From: an uncultured Acidobacteriota bacterium
GTDB taxonomy: Bacteria > Acidobacteriota > Thermoanaerobaculia > Multivoradales > UBA5704
Length of the DNA: 64,000 nucleotides
NCBI GenBank assembly: GCA_963770895.1
Contig: CAVYRF010000002.1
Location: forward strand, 3,008,001 to 3,072,000
Reading direction: 5' to 3'
The position numbers were made by a program, and so were the translations under genes. Shown one piece after another: positions 28,900-38,769 of the stretch. The notes beneath the pieces are model-generated. The model worked only from the letters and a program-made list of their open reading frames with translations, ran no database searches and had not been told where the DNA came from. The first letter of the stretch is position 1, and each line of letters starts with the position of its first letter.

Positions 28900-31467
28900 T
28901 CAGGCGGCCGAGCCGGCTTGCGTCGTCGCGGGCTGATCGGCGGCGACGTAGCTCTCGTAGGAGCGGTAGCGCTTGCCGAGCCCGGAGTGGGAGGACCGAT
29001 AGCGGTTGAGCACGGCTCCCAGGATCCGCACGTCGGCCTGGCGCAGGCGGTCGCGGCACAGGCGGGCCTCTTCGCGCGTCACCTTGCCGCTGCGCAGCGT
29101 CAGCACCACGCCGTCGGCCATCACGCCGACGATGGTGGCGTCGGTGACCGCGAGAGCCGGCGGGGTGTCGATGATGACGTACTCGAAATGGCTGCGCACG
29201 GTGTGCAGCCACTCCTTCATGCGGTCCGATGACAGCAGCTCCGAGGGGTTGGGGGCGATCGGTCCGGACGGGATCACCCACAGGTGCGGAATGGCGGAGC
29301 GCTGGACGATTTCGTCGGCGCCCATGCCCGCGGTCAGGTGGCTCACCAGGCCGATCTGGTTGGACAGGCGGAAGACCTGGTGCAGGCGGGGCTTGCGCAG
29401 GTCCGCGTCGACGATCAGCACCGGCCGCCCCAGCTGCGCCAGGACGATCGCCAGGTTGGTGGCGGTCGCCGTCTTGCCCTCGCCGGCGGTGGCGGAGGTG
29501 ACCGCCACCACTTTCAGCTCGCGGGCGCTGGACAGCAGCATCGCGGTGCGCAGCGAGCGGTAGGCTTCCGAGATCTGGGTGCGCGGCAGCTCGTGCGGCA
29601 CCAGCTCGATCTGCGTCGGCGCCGCCTGCCGGTTGGCGGCGCCGCGCTTCCTGTCCAGGCGCTCGCTGCCGTCGGCGGCAGTCCCCACGGCGGGCGGCGG
29701 GCCGGCCGGTTGCGCCGCGGCAGCCGCGGCGCCGGCGCCGCGGGTTTCGCGCCCCGCCCGGCCGGCGCGGGTGGCCGGCAGCGGCGGCGCCGCGGGCGCG
29801 CCGGTGGTCGCCGGCGACTGGAAGTAGCCGGACCCCGAGCCGTACCCGTAGCCGTAGCCGTAGCGCTCGCCATAGCCGTAGGACTTGCCGGCTTCGACGA
29901 TGTCCTGGATGACCGCCAGCGTCGGCAGGCCCAGGCGCCGTTCCACTTCGTCGGGGGTCTTGATGGTGCGGTCGAGGAATTCGATGAGCAGCGCCGAGCC
30001 GACGCCCAGCAGCAGGCCGAACAGCAGGCCGTAGGAGACGTCGCGGCGCAGCGACGGATAGAACGGTCCGCCCGGCACCAGGGCGCGATCGACGATGTGG
30101 ATGTTCGAGTCGCGGGTGTCCTGCAGGCGCGCCTGCACCTCGTTTTCGGAATGCTTGTGCTGCAGCTCGTTGAGCGTGTCGGTGCGGGCTTTGATCTCGT
30201 TGACCAGGCTGTTGTATTCGACCGCCACGGTATTCTGATCCATCGCCTGCGACTTGATCTTGTTGATCTCTGTTTCCAGCGCCTGCTCCTGGGCCAGCGC
30301 CGTCAGGTAGGCGGTGTGGGCGCTCTTGCGCGCGTTGGCGACCATCTCACCGACCACCGCGGTGATGTGCTGCTTGTTCTTTTCGATCTCGGTATGCAGC
30401 GACTGCATCGCCGGCCACTCGGGCTTGTAGGTTTTGAGCTTGGTGTCGTAGTCGCGCTCCAGCTTGAGCTGGTCGGCGCGCAGGCTGGAGATGACTCCCG
30501 GTTGCAGGGCGTCCGCCACGCTGTCGTCGGGCGCCGTCATCAGGCCGTGATAGGTCGCCTCTTTGTCGATGCGGGTGTTCTTGGCGTCCATGTAGCTGCC
30601 GTTGAGCGATTGCAGCCGCTGCATGGTGACGTTGGCGCCGGGCTCCATGGTCACGATGTCGGTGCGGCGGCTGTACGCCTGCAGCTTCGCTTCCTTGTCG
30701 CCGATCTCCTTTTGCAGCGCCTCGATCTGCGAGCTGAGAAACGTCGAGGTCTTGCCGGCGCTGTTGAAGCGGTACTCGATCCCCATGTCGATGAAGGCGT
30801 CCGCAAAACCGTTGGCGGCGCGGGCGGCGAACAGGGGCGAGGAGGCGTGATACGAGATCTCCACCAGCTGGGTGTTGCGCACCGGCTCGACCGAGAGCCC
30901 CGACCGCAGCCGCTCGGCAAGCCCGCCCAGGGTCGTCAGGTCGTCGTCGGCGGTCGGCGCATGGTTGTCGGCGCCGACGGCGCCAACGGCGCCGGGTGCA
31001 CCGCCTGCAGTGGGCGCGCCGCCGAGCGGCGACCGCGACGCGAGCTGCGCCAGCGACGCGCTGACGCCGCCGCCGGAGCGGCCGGGATTGAACACCGGGT
31101 CGGACGCCAGGTCCAGGCGCTTGACCACCCGCTCGGCCAGACCGCGGCTTTCCAGCAGCGCGTACTGGGTGGGGTAGTACTCGGCGTCAAAGTAGCTTTC
31201 CAGCCAGGGTGCCTGGCTGGTCAGCGTCGGCGCCAGGGTGCGGCGCTCGATCTGGATGATCGCCGTCGCCACGTAGGCCTTGGGAGTGATGGCGTAATGG
31301 ATGGCCCCGCCGATCACCGCGATCAGGCAGGCGGCCGCCACCAGCTTCCAGTGGCGCCGCACCATCGCCAGGTATTCGGCCAGGTTGAATTCTGATTCGG
31401 GCTCGGGCGCCGCGACCTCGTCGTCGAGGGCCGGCAGGGCCGCGACAGCCATGGCGGTTTTCTTCAA
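28900..31467 (-). CDS. wzc: Wzc-type polysaccharide co-polymerase / tyrosine autokinase
   Basis: Two TMs flanking a coiled-coil periplasmic region; EAYRSLRT; GEGKT; IVDADLRKP; IIDTPP. Start could be ATG 31452. Confidence 0.93.
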   Translation of the reverse strand: MKKTAMAVAALPALDDEVAAPEPESEFNLAEYLAMVRRHWKLVAAACLIAVIGGAIHYAITPKAYVATAIIQIERRTLAPTLTSQAPWLESYFDAEYYPTQYALLESRGLAERVVKRLDLASDPVFNPGRSGGGVSASLAQLASRSPLGGAPTAGGAPGAVGAVGADNHAPTADDDLTTLGGLAERLRSGLSVEPVRNTQLVEISYHASSPLFAARAANGFADAFIDMGIEYRFNSAGKTSTFLSSQIEALQKEIGDKEAKLQAYSRRTDIVTMEPGANVTMQRLQSLNGSYMDAKNTRIDKEATYHGLMTAPDDSVADALQPGVISSLRADQLKLERDYDTKLKTYKPEWPAMQSLHTEIEKNKQHITAVVGEMVANARKSAHTAYLTALAQEQALETEINKIKSQAMDQNTVAVEYNSLVNEIKARTDTLNELQHKHSENEVQARLQDTRDSNIHIVDRALVPGGPFYPSLRRDVSYGLLFGLLLGVGSALLIEFLDRTIKTPDEVERRLGLPTLAVIQDIVEAGKSYGYGERYGYGYGYGSGSGYFQSPATTGAPAAPPLPATRAGRAGRETRGAGAAAAAAQPAGPPPAVGTAADGSERLDRKRGAANRQAAPTQIELVPHELPRTQISEAYRSLRTAMLLSSARELKVVAVTSATAGEGKTATATNLAIVLAQLGRPVLIVDADLRKPRLHQVFRLSNQIGLVSHLTAGMGADEIVQRSAIPHLWVIPSGPIAPNPSELLSSDRMKEWLHTVRSHFEYVIIDTPPALAVTDATIVGVMADGVVLTLRSGKVTREEARLCRDRLRQADVRILGAVLNRYRSSHSGLGKRYRSYESYVAADQPATTQAGSAA

Positions 31468-32345
31468 AAGAAGGACTCCTTGACGACCACGATGTCGCCC
31501 TGGCGCAGCTCGACGTCGGGGTCCTTGCCGGCCAGGATGCGGTTGTAGTCCACCTCAAGCTCGGGTGCACCGGCGGCCGCGTCGGAGCGCTTGACGCGCA
31601 GCTTGTGCGAGGCGCGGTCGGTGAGGCCGCCGGCACGCGCGATGACGGCCAGCACAGTGATGCGGTCGGTGCTCTTGAAGGGCACCGCTCCGGGGTGGTT
31701 CACCGCCCCCAGGCAGTACAGGGTGATCTCCACCGCGTTGGGTACGTTGATCAGGTCGTTGGCGACCAGCGGGATGTTGACCCGCGGATCGGCGCGCACC
31801 AGCAGGTCGTCGAGCGAAATGGTCACCTGGTCGGACAGGCCGTCGTCGGCGCGGCGCAGGACGTACAGGACGTTGCCGCGGTTCTCGGCCACGCCGCCCG
31901 CGGCGGTGAGCGCTTCGAGCAGCGTCCAGCGCCCCGAAAAGGCAAGGCTGCCGGGCAGCTTGACCGCGCCGATGACCGAGATCGGCCGCGATTTGAATTC
32001 CTGCACTTCCACCGCGACGGTGGCGCGCTGCGCGTATTTGGCTTCCAGCAGGAGCTTGAGCTTTTCGCCGACTTCCGTTTCGGTGAGGCCGGCGACCGCC
32101 AGGTCGGGCAGCGGCGCCATGCTGATCGAGCCGTCTTCGGAAACCCTGCGGGTGCCGTTGAGCTCGGGCATTTCGAACACCTTGATGTCAAGCAGGTCGC
32201 GCGGACCGACGCGATAGCCCGGCCGGCTTGGTTCGCCGGGCGCGGACGTTCCCGCCGCAGGTTGAGGGGGCACCTGCGCTCCGGCCAACCCTCCCAGGGA
32301 AAGCAGCCCGGCAAACGCCCATAAGAATAAGTCTATCTTCTTCAC
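31464..32345 (-). CDS. wza: Wza-like polysaccharide export protein (Poly_export + SLBB)
   Basis: YRVGPRDLLDIKVF; VIGAVKLPG; TLLEALTAAGG; LRQGDIVVVKESFF. Confidence 0.88.
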   Translation of the reverse strand: MKKIDLFLWAFAGLLSLGGLAGAQVPPQPAAGTSAPGEPSRPGYRVGPRDLLDIKVFEMPELNGTRRVSEDGSISMAPLPDLAVAGLTETEVGEKLKLLLEAKYAQRATVAVEVQEFKSRPISVIGAVKLPGSLAFSGRWTLLEALTAAGGVAENRGNVLYVLRRADDGLSDQVTISLDDLLVRADPRVNIPLVANDLINVPNAVEITLYCLGAVNHPGAVPFKSTDRITVLAVIARAGGLTDRASHKLRVKRSDAAAGAPELEVDYNRILAGKDPDVELRQGDIVVVKESFF

Positions 32346-32498
32346 GCCATTAACGTTACCGGAAGTATTCTAGCAGCAATGGCGGCGCCGGTCCAGGGGC
32401 GCCGCAGTGCTGCGGTGCTGCCGGCGCCGCCGTCGTTCTGCAACGGATACGTGGCGCCGCGGATTCCCGATGAGTCGCGCCGGGGAGCCGGCGGGCGC

Positions 32499-33809
32499 CT
32501 ACGGCTCCACTGCGTTGGGCGGCCGGCCGGCGGCGAGGTTGAGGTTGAGGCCCAGGGTGTTGATCGAGCGTGCCAGGCCCGGCAGGTTGGAGGTAAAGCG
32601 CGTGCTCGAACCGACCAGGCTGACCACGGCGCCGCGCGCCACGTCGAAGGACAGCGCGCCGCCGAACGACACCAGGTCGTCGTGCCGCTCCGGCGTGCCG
32701 GTGGCGCCGGCGATTTGGGTATAGCCCAGGCTGCCGGTCTCACCGAAGCCGCTGACCTTGGCGCGGGCGCCCAGCTTGACGTGCAGCGCCACGCCGTGGC
32801 GCAGGTCGTCGAAGTAGGAATAGTCGGGCAGCAGCGAATAGACCAGGTTGCGGTTGGCGTAGACGAAGACTTCGGTCGCCGGAGTGATCTCGTAGGAGAC
32901 CGTGATGTGGCCGGTGGTCTTGTCGTAATGGGCGAACGACGACCCCTGCGTCGCCGACAGCGACCGCTGGGCCAGGTCGACCTCGAAGAACAGGCGCCCG
33001 TGCTCGCGCGACAGCTCCAGCACCGGCGCCGTGCCGGAGTTGGAGCGGTTGGGGACGCCGGGCAGGTGGTCGTCAAAGGTGACGTCGGAATGCTCGGCGC
33101 CGGCGCCCACCAGCCAGCCGGGGGCCGGCCGCCAGCGCAGCCCGGCGCGCTCGACGCGCTCCTCGTGGTTGAGCTCGTCGAGCTCTACGGCGGTGGGGTC
33201 GTCGGCGCTGGCGAGGTTGGTCTGGCGGGTGATCTCGCCGCTGACGAAGGGCGACAGGGTGGACGTCGCCGCCACCTCGACGGTGGCCGCGACGTGGTCG
33301 ATGCGGGCGCTGGTCAGGGTGGGCAGCTCGGCGGTGAGGATCTGCTGCTGCGTGTCGCTGCCGGCCGTGAGCCGCAGCGTCAGGCGGTTGAAAAAGCCGT
33401 CGAAGCCGGCGCCGTACAGGCCGTCGAAGCGCCGCCGGTCGCTCTCTTTCTGCCACCAGACGTACTCGGGCAGAGCGTAGGCGGTCCACATCGCCTTGCT
33501 GCCGGCGGGCAGGTAGAAGCGCGCGCCGCCGGCGACGGTGGCGGTGAAGTCGGTGGGGTTCGCGTCGCCCGCCGAGCCCAGCAGGTTCTTGACGTAATCG
33601 ACGTCCTTGAGCTCGAACGCCGGCGCGATCTTGAGCGCGCCCAGGCTGAAGCGGGCGCTCTGGGCTTCCTTTTCCAGCTCGCCCTTGCGATCGATCGGGC
33701 GCCCCTCGGGGCCGCCGGGGGTCGTATACTCGGTGAATTGAGCCCAGGCGGAGCTGGCGACGAACAGCGACAGGAGGGTTGCACTGCAAGACCGGGTGAG
33801 CCGCCGCAT
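32499..33809 (-). CDS. Outer-membrane beta-barrel protein associated with EPS export
   Basis: Signal peptide ending SAWA-Q; alternating amphipathic beta strands; directly upstream of wza. Confidence 0.7.
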   Translation of the reverse strand: MRRLTRSCSATLLSLFVASSAWAQFTEYTTPGGPEGRPIDRKGELEKEAQSARFSLGALKIAPAFELKDVDYVKNLLGSAGDANPTDFTATVAGGARFYLPAGSKAMWTAYALPEYVWWQKESDRRRFDGLYGAGFDGFFNRLTLRLTAGSDTQQQILTAELPTLTSARIDHVAATVEVAATSTLSPFVSGEITRQTNLASADDPTAVELDELNHEERVERAGLRWRPAPGWLVGAGAEHSDVTFDDHLPGVPNRSNSGTAPVLELSREHGRLFFEVDLAQRSLSATQGSSFAHYDKTTGHITVSYEITPATEVFVYANRNLVYSLLPDYSYFDDLRHGVALHVKLGARAKVSGFGETGSLGYTQIAGATGTPERHDDLVSFGGALSFDVARGAVVSLVGSSTRFTSNLPGLARSINTLGLNLNLAAGRPPNAVEP

Positions 33810-33865
33810 AGTCTCTCCGTGCAGCAGAGCGTTGGATTGATGCCGGACCAAGGGAAAGCGGCGCC

Positions 33866-35413
33866 ATGATACGCCATTCCGGCGCGGCTTTGACCGCCCT
33901 GCTGGTCGCCCTGGTGATCTGGGCGCCGCTGCCCTTTGGCGGCGTCACCACCTGGGCCGAGGCGAGCCTGCAGACGCTGGCCTTCCTGGCCCTCGCCCTG
34001 GCGATGGTGGTGGTCGAGCGCGCCTCCGATCTGCGCCCGGTGGCGCTGCCGGCGCTGGCGCTGGGCGGCGTGGCGCTCGTCGGGGTGCTGCAGGCGCTGC
34101 CCTGGCCGGCGGCGCTGGTCGGGGTGCTGTCGCCGGGTGCGGCGCGGCTCTACGGGCAGGCGGGGGCGCTGGCCGGCGCCGCCGCGGCGACCCACTTCAG
34201 CCTGGCGCCCGCCGCCACCTGGGCCGCGGCGCTCAGCTGGGCCGCGACCGCCGCCTGCCTGCTGGCCGGCGCTGCCGCGGGGCGCCGGCGCTATCGACGG
34301 CGTTGGGTGGGCGGAGCGTTGCTGGTCAGCGCCGTGGCCCAGATCTTCGTCGGCGCGCGCGCCGCCAACGCCGGCGACCGCACGCTGTGGGGAGTCGAGG
34401 TGCCGATCATAACCAGCCGGCTGCACGGCACCTTCTTCAACTCCAATCACCTGGCGCTCTACCTGGAGATGGCGCTGGCGGTGTGCTTCGCCTGGGGCTG
34501 GTGGGCGGTGCGCAGCTCGCGTGGGGACGGCGCCCTGGAAAAGCGCATCCTGGCGCTGGCGCCGCCGGCGCTGGTGTGGTTGACGCTCTTTGCCGGGCTG
34601 TCGTTCACCGCCTCGCGCGGCGGCCTGCTGGCGGCCTTGGCCGGCATCCTGGTCCAGGGCGCGCTGCTGGCCACGCTGCGGCGGCGGTGGGCGCCGGCGG
34701 CCCTGGGCGCGGCGGTGGCCGGTGTGGGGATCGCCACGGTGCTCGCCCTGGGATTGCAGTCCGGACCGGCGCGGATGCTGGCGACGCTGCCTTTCGACGT
34801 CAGCCTGGGGGCGCGGCGTCAGGCATGGGCGGCGACGTTCGCGCTGTGGCGGCGCTTTCCGCTGGCCGGCACCGGGCTGGGCACCTTTCGCGACGCCTTC
34901 ACGCTGACGCAGCCGGCGGACCTGGACGGCACCTGGTGGCATGCGCACAGCGGGCCGCTGGAGCTGCTGGCGACCGCGGGTCCGGTGGGGCCTCTGCTGA
35001 TCGCCGCCGGCCTGGTGGCGCTGGTGATGCGCCTGCTGGTCGTGCTGCGGCGCGGGCGGCGCTCCGAAGACCGGGCGGCGGGCCTGGCGGCGCTGGGTGC
35101 GCTGGCCATGGCGGTGGCGCACGAAGGGCTCGATTTTGGGCTGACGATGCCCGCCAATGCGCTCACCCTGGCGGTGCTGGCCGGTGCCGCCGCGACCGCC
35201 CGGCTGGCCGCGCCCGAGCCGTCGCCGTCACTCGGTGGCGGTGGCGGTGCCCGTGCCGCTGCCGGCGCCCGAGCCGGCGGCCAGCCGCACGCGGCCGGGA
35301 CGCACCGCGCCGCCGGCGACGCTTTCGATCTCCAGCAGGTGCAGCCCCGGCCCCAGGGCGGCAGGCAGGGTAAGGGTGGCGCCCGGAGCCACCGGGAAAG
35401 CGCCGACCACTGA
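33866..35413 (+). CDS. O-antigen ligase (Wzy_C) family membrane protein
   Basis: PLPFGGV; RLHGTFFNSNHLA; TASRGG; GTGLGTF; HAHSGPLE. Confidence 0.88.
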   Translation: MIRHSGAALTALLVALVIWAPLPFGGVTTWAEASLQTLAFLALALAMVVVERASDLRPVALPALALGGVALVGVLQALPWPAALVGVLSPGAARLYGQAGALAGAAAATHFSLAPAATWAAALSWAATAACLLAGAAAGRRRYRRRWVGGALLVSAVAQIFVGARAANAGDRTLWGVEVPIITSRLHGTFFNSNHLALYLEMALAVCFAWGWWAVRSSRGDGALEKRILALAPPALVWLTLFAGLSFTASRGGLLAALAGILVQGALLATLRRRWAPAALGAAVAGVGIATVLALGLQSGPARMLATLPFDVSLGARRQAWAATFALWRRFPLAGTGLGTFRDAFTLTQPADLDGTWWHAHSGPLELLATAGPVGPLLIAAGLVALVMRLLVVLRRGRRSEDRAAGLAALGALAMAVAHEGLDFGLTMPANALTLAVLAGAAATARLAAPEPSPSLGGGGGARAAAGARAGGQPHAAGTHRAAGDAFDLQQVQPRPQGGRQGKGGARSHRESADH

Positions 35414-36994
35414 GTCGTCCAGGCGCACCTCGACGGCGGCGCCCAGCAGCGGCGCGGCGTCGACCGCGATGATGAACGCCGGCGCCTCGCCGGCGGCCAG
35501 CAGCTCCAGGCGGGAGGTCGCGCCCTGCACGTCCCAGGCGGCGGCGGGCCACTCGCGGGCCGCCAGGCGCGTCAGGGCCTGCGCCGCCGCCGTCTCGCCC
35601 GCGGCGTCGCCGGCGGCGTGGGCGATCGCCGCCTTGACCTGCCAGGTGTTGGGGCGGTCCAGCCAGCTGTGCGGCAGCTCGACCAGCGCATCCTGGGCGT
35701 CGGCCGCGGCGTGGCCCTTGGCCAGCAGCATCTTGGCCTTCAGCAGCCGGTAGGGCGCCCACTCCTCGCTCCAGGCCGTGGCGTAGGTGCGCTCCAGCAC
35801 CTCGGCGCGCGGCAGATCGCCGGTGACCACCGCCGCCATGGCGTCCAGGCGGGGATCCAGGTCGCGGCAGAAACCGGCCAGGCGGGCGAGCGGCCGCTGC
35901 GGCAGGGGGCACTCGAAGAGGCGGCAGCGGTCCAGGTTCCAGGCCAGCTGCCGGGCCAGGCGCTCCGCCGTGCGGTGGTCGACCGAGCCGGGCGGGCAGC
36001 TTTCCAGCGCGCGGGTGAGCAGCGAAAGGTAGCTGCGGCCGGGCCGCGCTTCGGCGGCGATGGCCAGGAAGCGCTCGCGCGCGTCGGGCGCCCCCGGCCG
36101 CTCCGCCGTCGCGGCCAGGCGGTACGCCAGGCTTTCGCGCAGGACCTGGTTCCAGCGATCGCGGGCGGCGCAATAGCCCGTCCAATCGGCGTGCTGGGAG
36201 TAGAACTGCTGCACCGTGTCCCACGCTTCCGGGTCGTGGGGGATGACCGCAAAGGCTTCGGCGCGGCTCGCCGCCGTGGTCAGCCAGGGCGCCAGCAGGC
36301 CGGCGAGCACCTGCGGATCGGCAAAGACGCTGGTCAGCAGCTGCTTTTCGCGCTCGCGCTTGGCGGCCGAGAGCTGCGGCCACAGCTCCAGGTAGGCGGC
36401 GGCCAGCAGGCGGGCGGCGTCGGTGCGCCCGGGGGCCAGCGCCATCGCCGCTTCCAGGGGCCGCTCCCAGGTCGGCGCCTGGGTGAACAGCCGCGTGTCG
36501 TGCGCCTGCGACCACGAGAGATAGGTCGCGGCGCCCAGCACCATCGCCGCCTCCCAGGCCGCCGGGCGCGCCGTCAGGCCGGCCCCCGCCAGCCCCGCCG
36601 TCTCCGCCAGGCGCGACGCCGCGGTGCCCTGCCGGCCGTCGTCGCCGGCGGCCGGCAGGTCGGCGCGACGGGTGGGATCGAGCTCGGCGGCGAGCGCGGC
36701 GCGCGCCGCCCGCAGGTCGACGCGGCCCGGATCGGGCTCGTACTCCAGCTCGCGCGGCACCGTGGCGCCGCCGGCCACCAGCCACGCCGCCATCTGTTCC
36801 TGGCGTGCCGCCAGCGCGTGCTGCTGCGCCATCGCCACCGCCGCCAGCGCCAGCCCCGCCAGCGCGCCGCCGGCACGCCACGCCAGCCCGCCGCGATGCA
36901 GCCACGCCCCTGGCGTGCCGGCCTGCCCGGAGCCGCCGCCGCGATCGCCGGCGGGCTCCGAGCCGGGCACCGAACCCGGCCGTTGCATGTTCAT
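35228..36994 (-). CDS. Hypothetical membrane-anchored helical/TPR-like protein
   Basis: N-terminal hydrophobic segment, helical repeats, C-terminal beta-rich segment; codon bias supports this frame. Confidence 0.6.
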   Translation of the reverse strand: MNMQRPGSVPGSEPAGDRGGGSGQAGTPGAWLHRGGLAWRAGGALAGLALAAVAMAQQHALAARQEQMAAWLVAGGATVPRELEYEPDPGRVDLRAARAALAAELDPTRRADLPAAGDDGRQGTAASRLAETAGLAGAGLTARPAAWEAAMVLGAATYLSWSQAHDTRLFTQAPTWERPLEAAMALAPGRTDAARLLAAAYLELWPQLSAAKREREKQLLTSVFADPQVLAGLLAPWLTTAASRAEAFAVIPHDPEAWDTVQQFYSQHADWTGYCAARDRWNQVLRESLAYRLAATAERPGAPDARERFLAIAAEARPGRSYLSLLTRALESCPPGSVDHRTAERLARQLAWNLDRCRLFECPLPQRPLARLAGFCRDLDPRLDAMAAVVTGDLPRAEVLERTYATAWSEEWAPYRLLKAKMLLAKGHAAADAQDALVELPHSWLDRPNTWQVKAAIAHAAGDAAGETAAAQALTRLAAREWPAAAWDVQGATSRLELLAAGEAPAFIIAVDAAPLLGAAVEVRLDDSVVGAFPVAPGATLTLPAALGPGLHLLEIESVAGGAVRPGRVRLAAGSGAGSGTGTATATE

Positions 36995-37104
36995 GGCCCG
37001 ATGATACCAAGGCCCTCTACGAGGCGCGCCGCCGGCGGCGTCAGGCACCCCCGATCGACCTGGCGCAGAGGCGGGGCTGCGGGGGGAGCCGTCGCCGCTG
37101 ATCT

Positions 37105-38451
37105 ATGCTCATGGCGATGTCCGGCCGCGGAGTGCGCTTCGATCCTCCCGCGCTGCCGCTGACGCCGGCGGTGCGCTGGATGCTGCTGCGCGCCTTCGGG
37201 CCGCCGGGCGCCGCCCTGGGTGCGGTGGGAGCGGTTGGGGCAGCGGGCGCGGCAGGTGCAGCGGGTGGGGCGGCGCCGCCGGCGGTGGCGCCCGCGGCGG
37301 CGCTGGCGCTCAGCCGGCGCTTCGACCTTGCGGCGCGCATCGCGGCGCGCCAGGGGCGGGCGCGGCTGGCGGCGGAGCTGGGCGAAACCGCGGTGGTGGA
37401 AGGCTTCGTGCACGACCGCGCGGCGGCGGCCGCGGCAACGCTGCGCGCCATGGCGCTGGTCGAGCAGGTGGCGGCGGCGGCGGCGGCGCGGCAGATTCCG
37501 GTGGTGTTCCTCAAGCTGGCGGCCCTGGAGCTGCTGGGCGTGCTGGCGCCGGGCAGCCGGGCGGGTTGCGACCTGGACGTGCTGGCGCCGGCGGAGCGGG
37601 CCGGCGAGCTGCTGCAGGCGCTGGTCGAGCGCGGCTTTCGCGCCTCGCCGCTGCCCGAGCAGGAGCACCAGCTGGCCGCCCTGGAGGGGCCGGACGGAGT
37701 TGTCGAGGTGCACCGGATGCTGCTCGGCGTGCGCCTCGATGGCCGGCCCGACCAGCCTGACCAGCGCCCCGGGCAAACCCGGCAACCCCGGCGACGCGCG
37801 CGATCAGCGCGGTGGGCCGACTTGCAGCGAGCGGGCCTGCTGACCGCGCTGCCGCGGCTGCCGGGCGCCGCGGCGGTGCCGGTGCCGGCGGTGGCCGCGG
37901 CGCATGCGCTGGTGCACGGCATCGCCCAGCACGGCTGGGCGCCGGGCTCGTATTCGCTGCTCAGGATGGTCGGCGACCTGATCGACCTGGGCTTTGCCGA
38001 GTCCCGTCCGCTCGCCGCGAGCGTCGCCGCATGGGTCGCCGGCGACGTGACGCCGGTGGAGGTGGAGGCGGCGCGGCGCTTGGCGGCGGAGCTGGCGGCG
38101 GGTGCGTGGGAGGATTCGCGGGCGCCCGAGGCGGTGCTGCTGCGGCACGCCCTGGCCGGCCGTCTGGACCCGGAATACCAGCGCTCGCTGCGCCTGGCGC
38201 TGTTCCGCCGGCAGCCGAGCGACCTGCCGCAGGCGCTGCGGCTGGCGCGGGCGGTCGCCGGCACCGTGTGGCTCAGCCGCGCGCGGGTGGACGCGATCTA
38301 CGGGCCGCCGCGCCACCGCCTGGGCTACCTGGGCCGCCGGCTGCTGCGACCGCTCGACCTGCTGGCCCGGCTCGCCAGCTCCGCCCGCCAGGCCTGGCGC
38401 GTCCGCCGCCGCCCGGCCGGGAACGCGGGCGGCGGCGGCACGGCGCCGTAG
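37105..38451 (+). CDS. Nucleotidyltransferase family protein (NTP_transf_5-like, as in RiPP clusters)
   Basis: IPVVFLKLAAL; R..CDLDVL; VEVH; HALVH; LRMVGDLIDL. Confidence 0.75.
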   Translation: MLMAMSGRGVRFDPPALPLTPAVRWMLLRAFGPPGAALGAVGAVGAAGAAGAAGGAAPPAVAPAAALALSRRFDLAARIAARQGRARLAAELGETAVVEGFVHDRAAAAAATLRAMALVEQVAAAAAARQIPVVFLKLAALELLGVLAPGSRAGCDLDVLAPAERAGELLQALVERGFRASPLPEQEHQLAALEGPDGVVEVHRMLLGVRLDGRPDQPDQRPGQTRQPRRRARSARWADLQRAGLLTALPRLPGAAAVPVPAVAAAHALVHGIAQHGWAPGSYSLLRMVGDLIDLGFAESRPLAASVAAWVAGDVTPVEVEAARRLAAELAAGAWEDSRAPEAVLLRHALAGRLDPEYQRSLRLALFRRQPSDLPQALRLARAVAGTVWLSRARVDAIYGPPRHRLGYLGRRLLRPLDLLARLASSARQAWRVRRRPAGNAGGGGTAP

Positions 38452-38471
38452 CGGTCAGGCCGCTGGTCTGT

Positions 38472-38621
38472 CTAGTTGGTGCACACCGTGGGGCAATAGG
38501 TTTCGAAGTAGGTGACGCACTCGCTGCGCGGGCCGGTCATGGCGGCGACCCGGGGGAGCTGGCCGTGGCTGAGCTGCTGCAGGGTTTCGCGGCTCAGCTT
38601 CATCGACTTTTTGGTCTTCAT
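38472..38621 (-). CDS. Putative lanthipeptide-like precursor peptide (49 aa)
   Basis: RBS aggaga; MKTKKSMKLSRETLQQLSHGQLPRVAAMTGPRSECVTYFETYCPTVCTN; core has 3 Cys and 6 Ser/Thr. Confidence 0.7.
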   Translation of the reverse strand: MKTKKSMKLSRETLQQLSHGQLPRVAAMTGPRSECVTYFETYCPTVCTN

Positions 38622-38769
38622 CAACGTTTCTCCTGGGGCTGCGAAGCGTTCGAGCGGACGCGCCCGAGCGCGCGCGGCGCTCCTACTTCGCAGGGTGCCT
38701 GGCGGCGGGTGAAGCGGTCCCCGCCGGGCTCGCCGCCGCCGGCGCAGGCGGACATATACTCCTCCCGCC

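Noticed and set aside
37200-37300. Ala/Gly tandem micro-repeats (also near 6770-6830)
   Set aside because: Ordinary low-complexity coding linkers.
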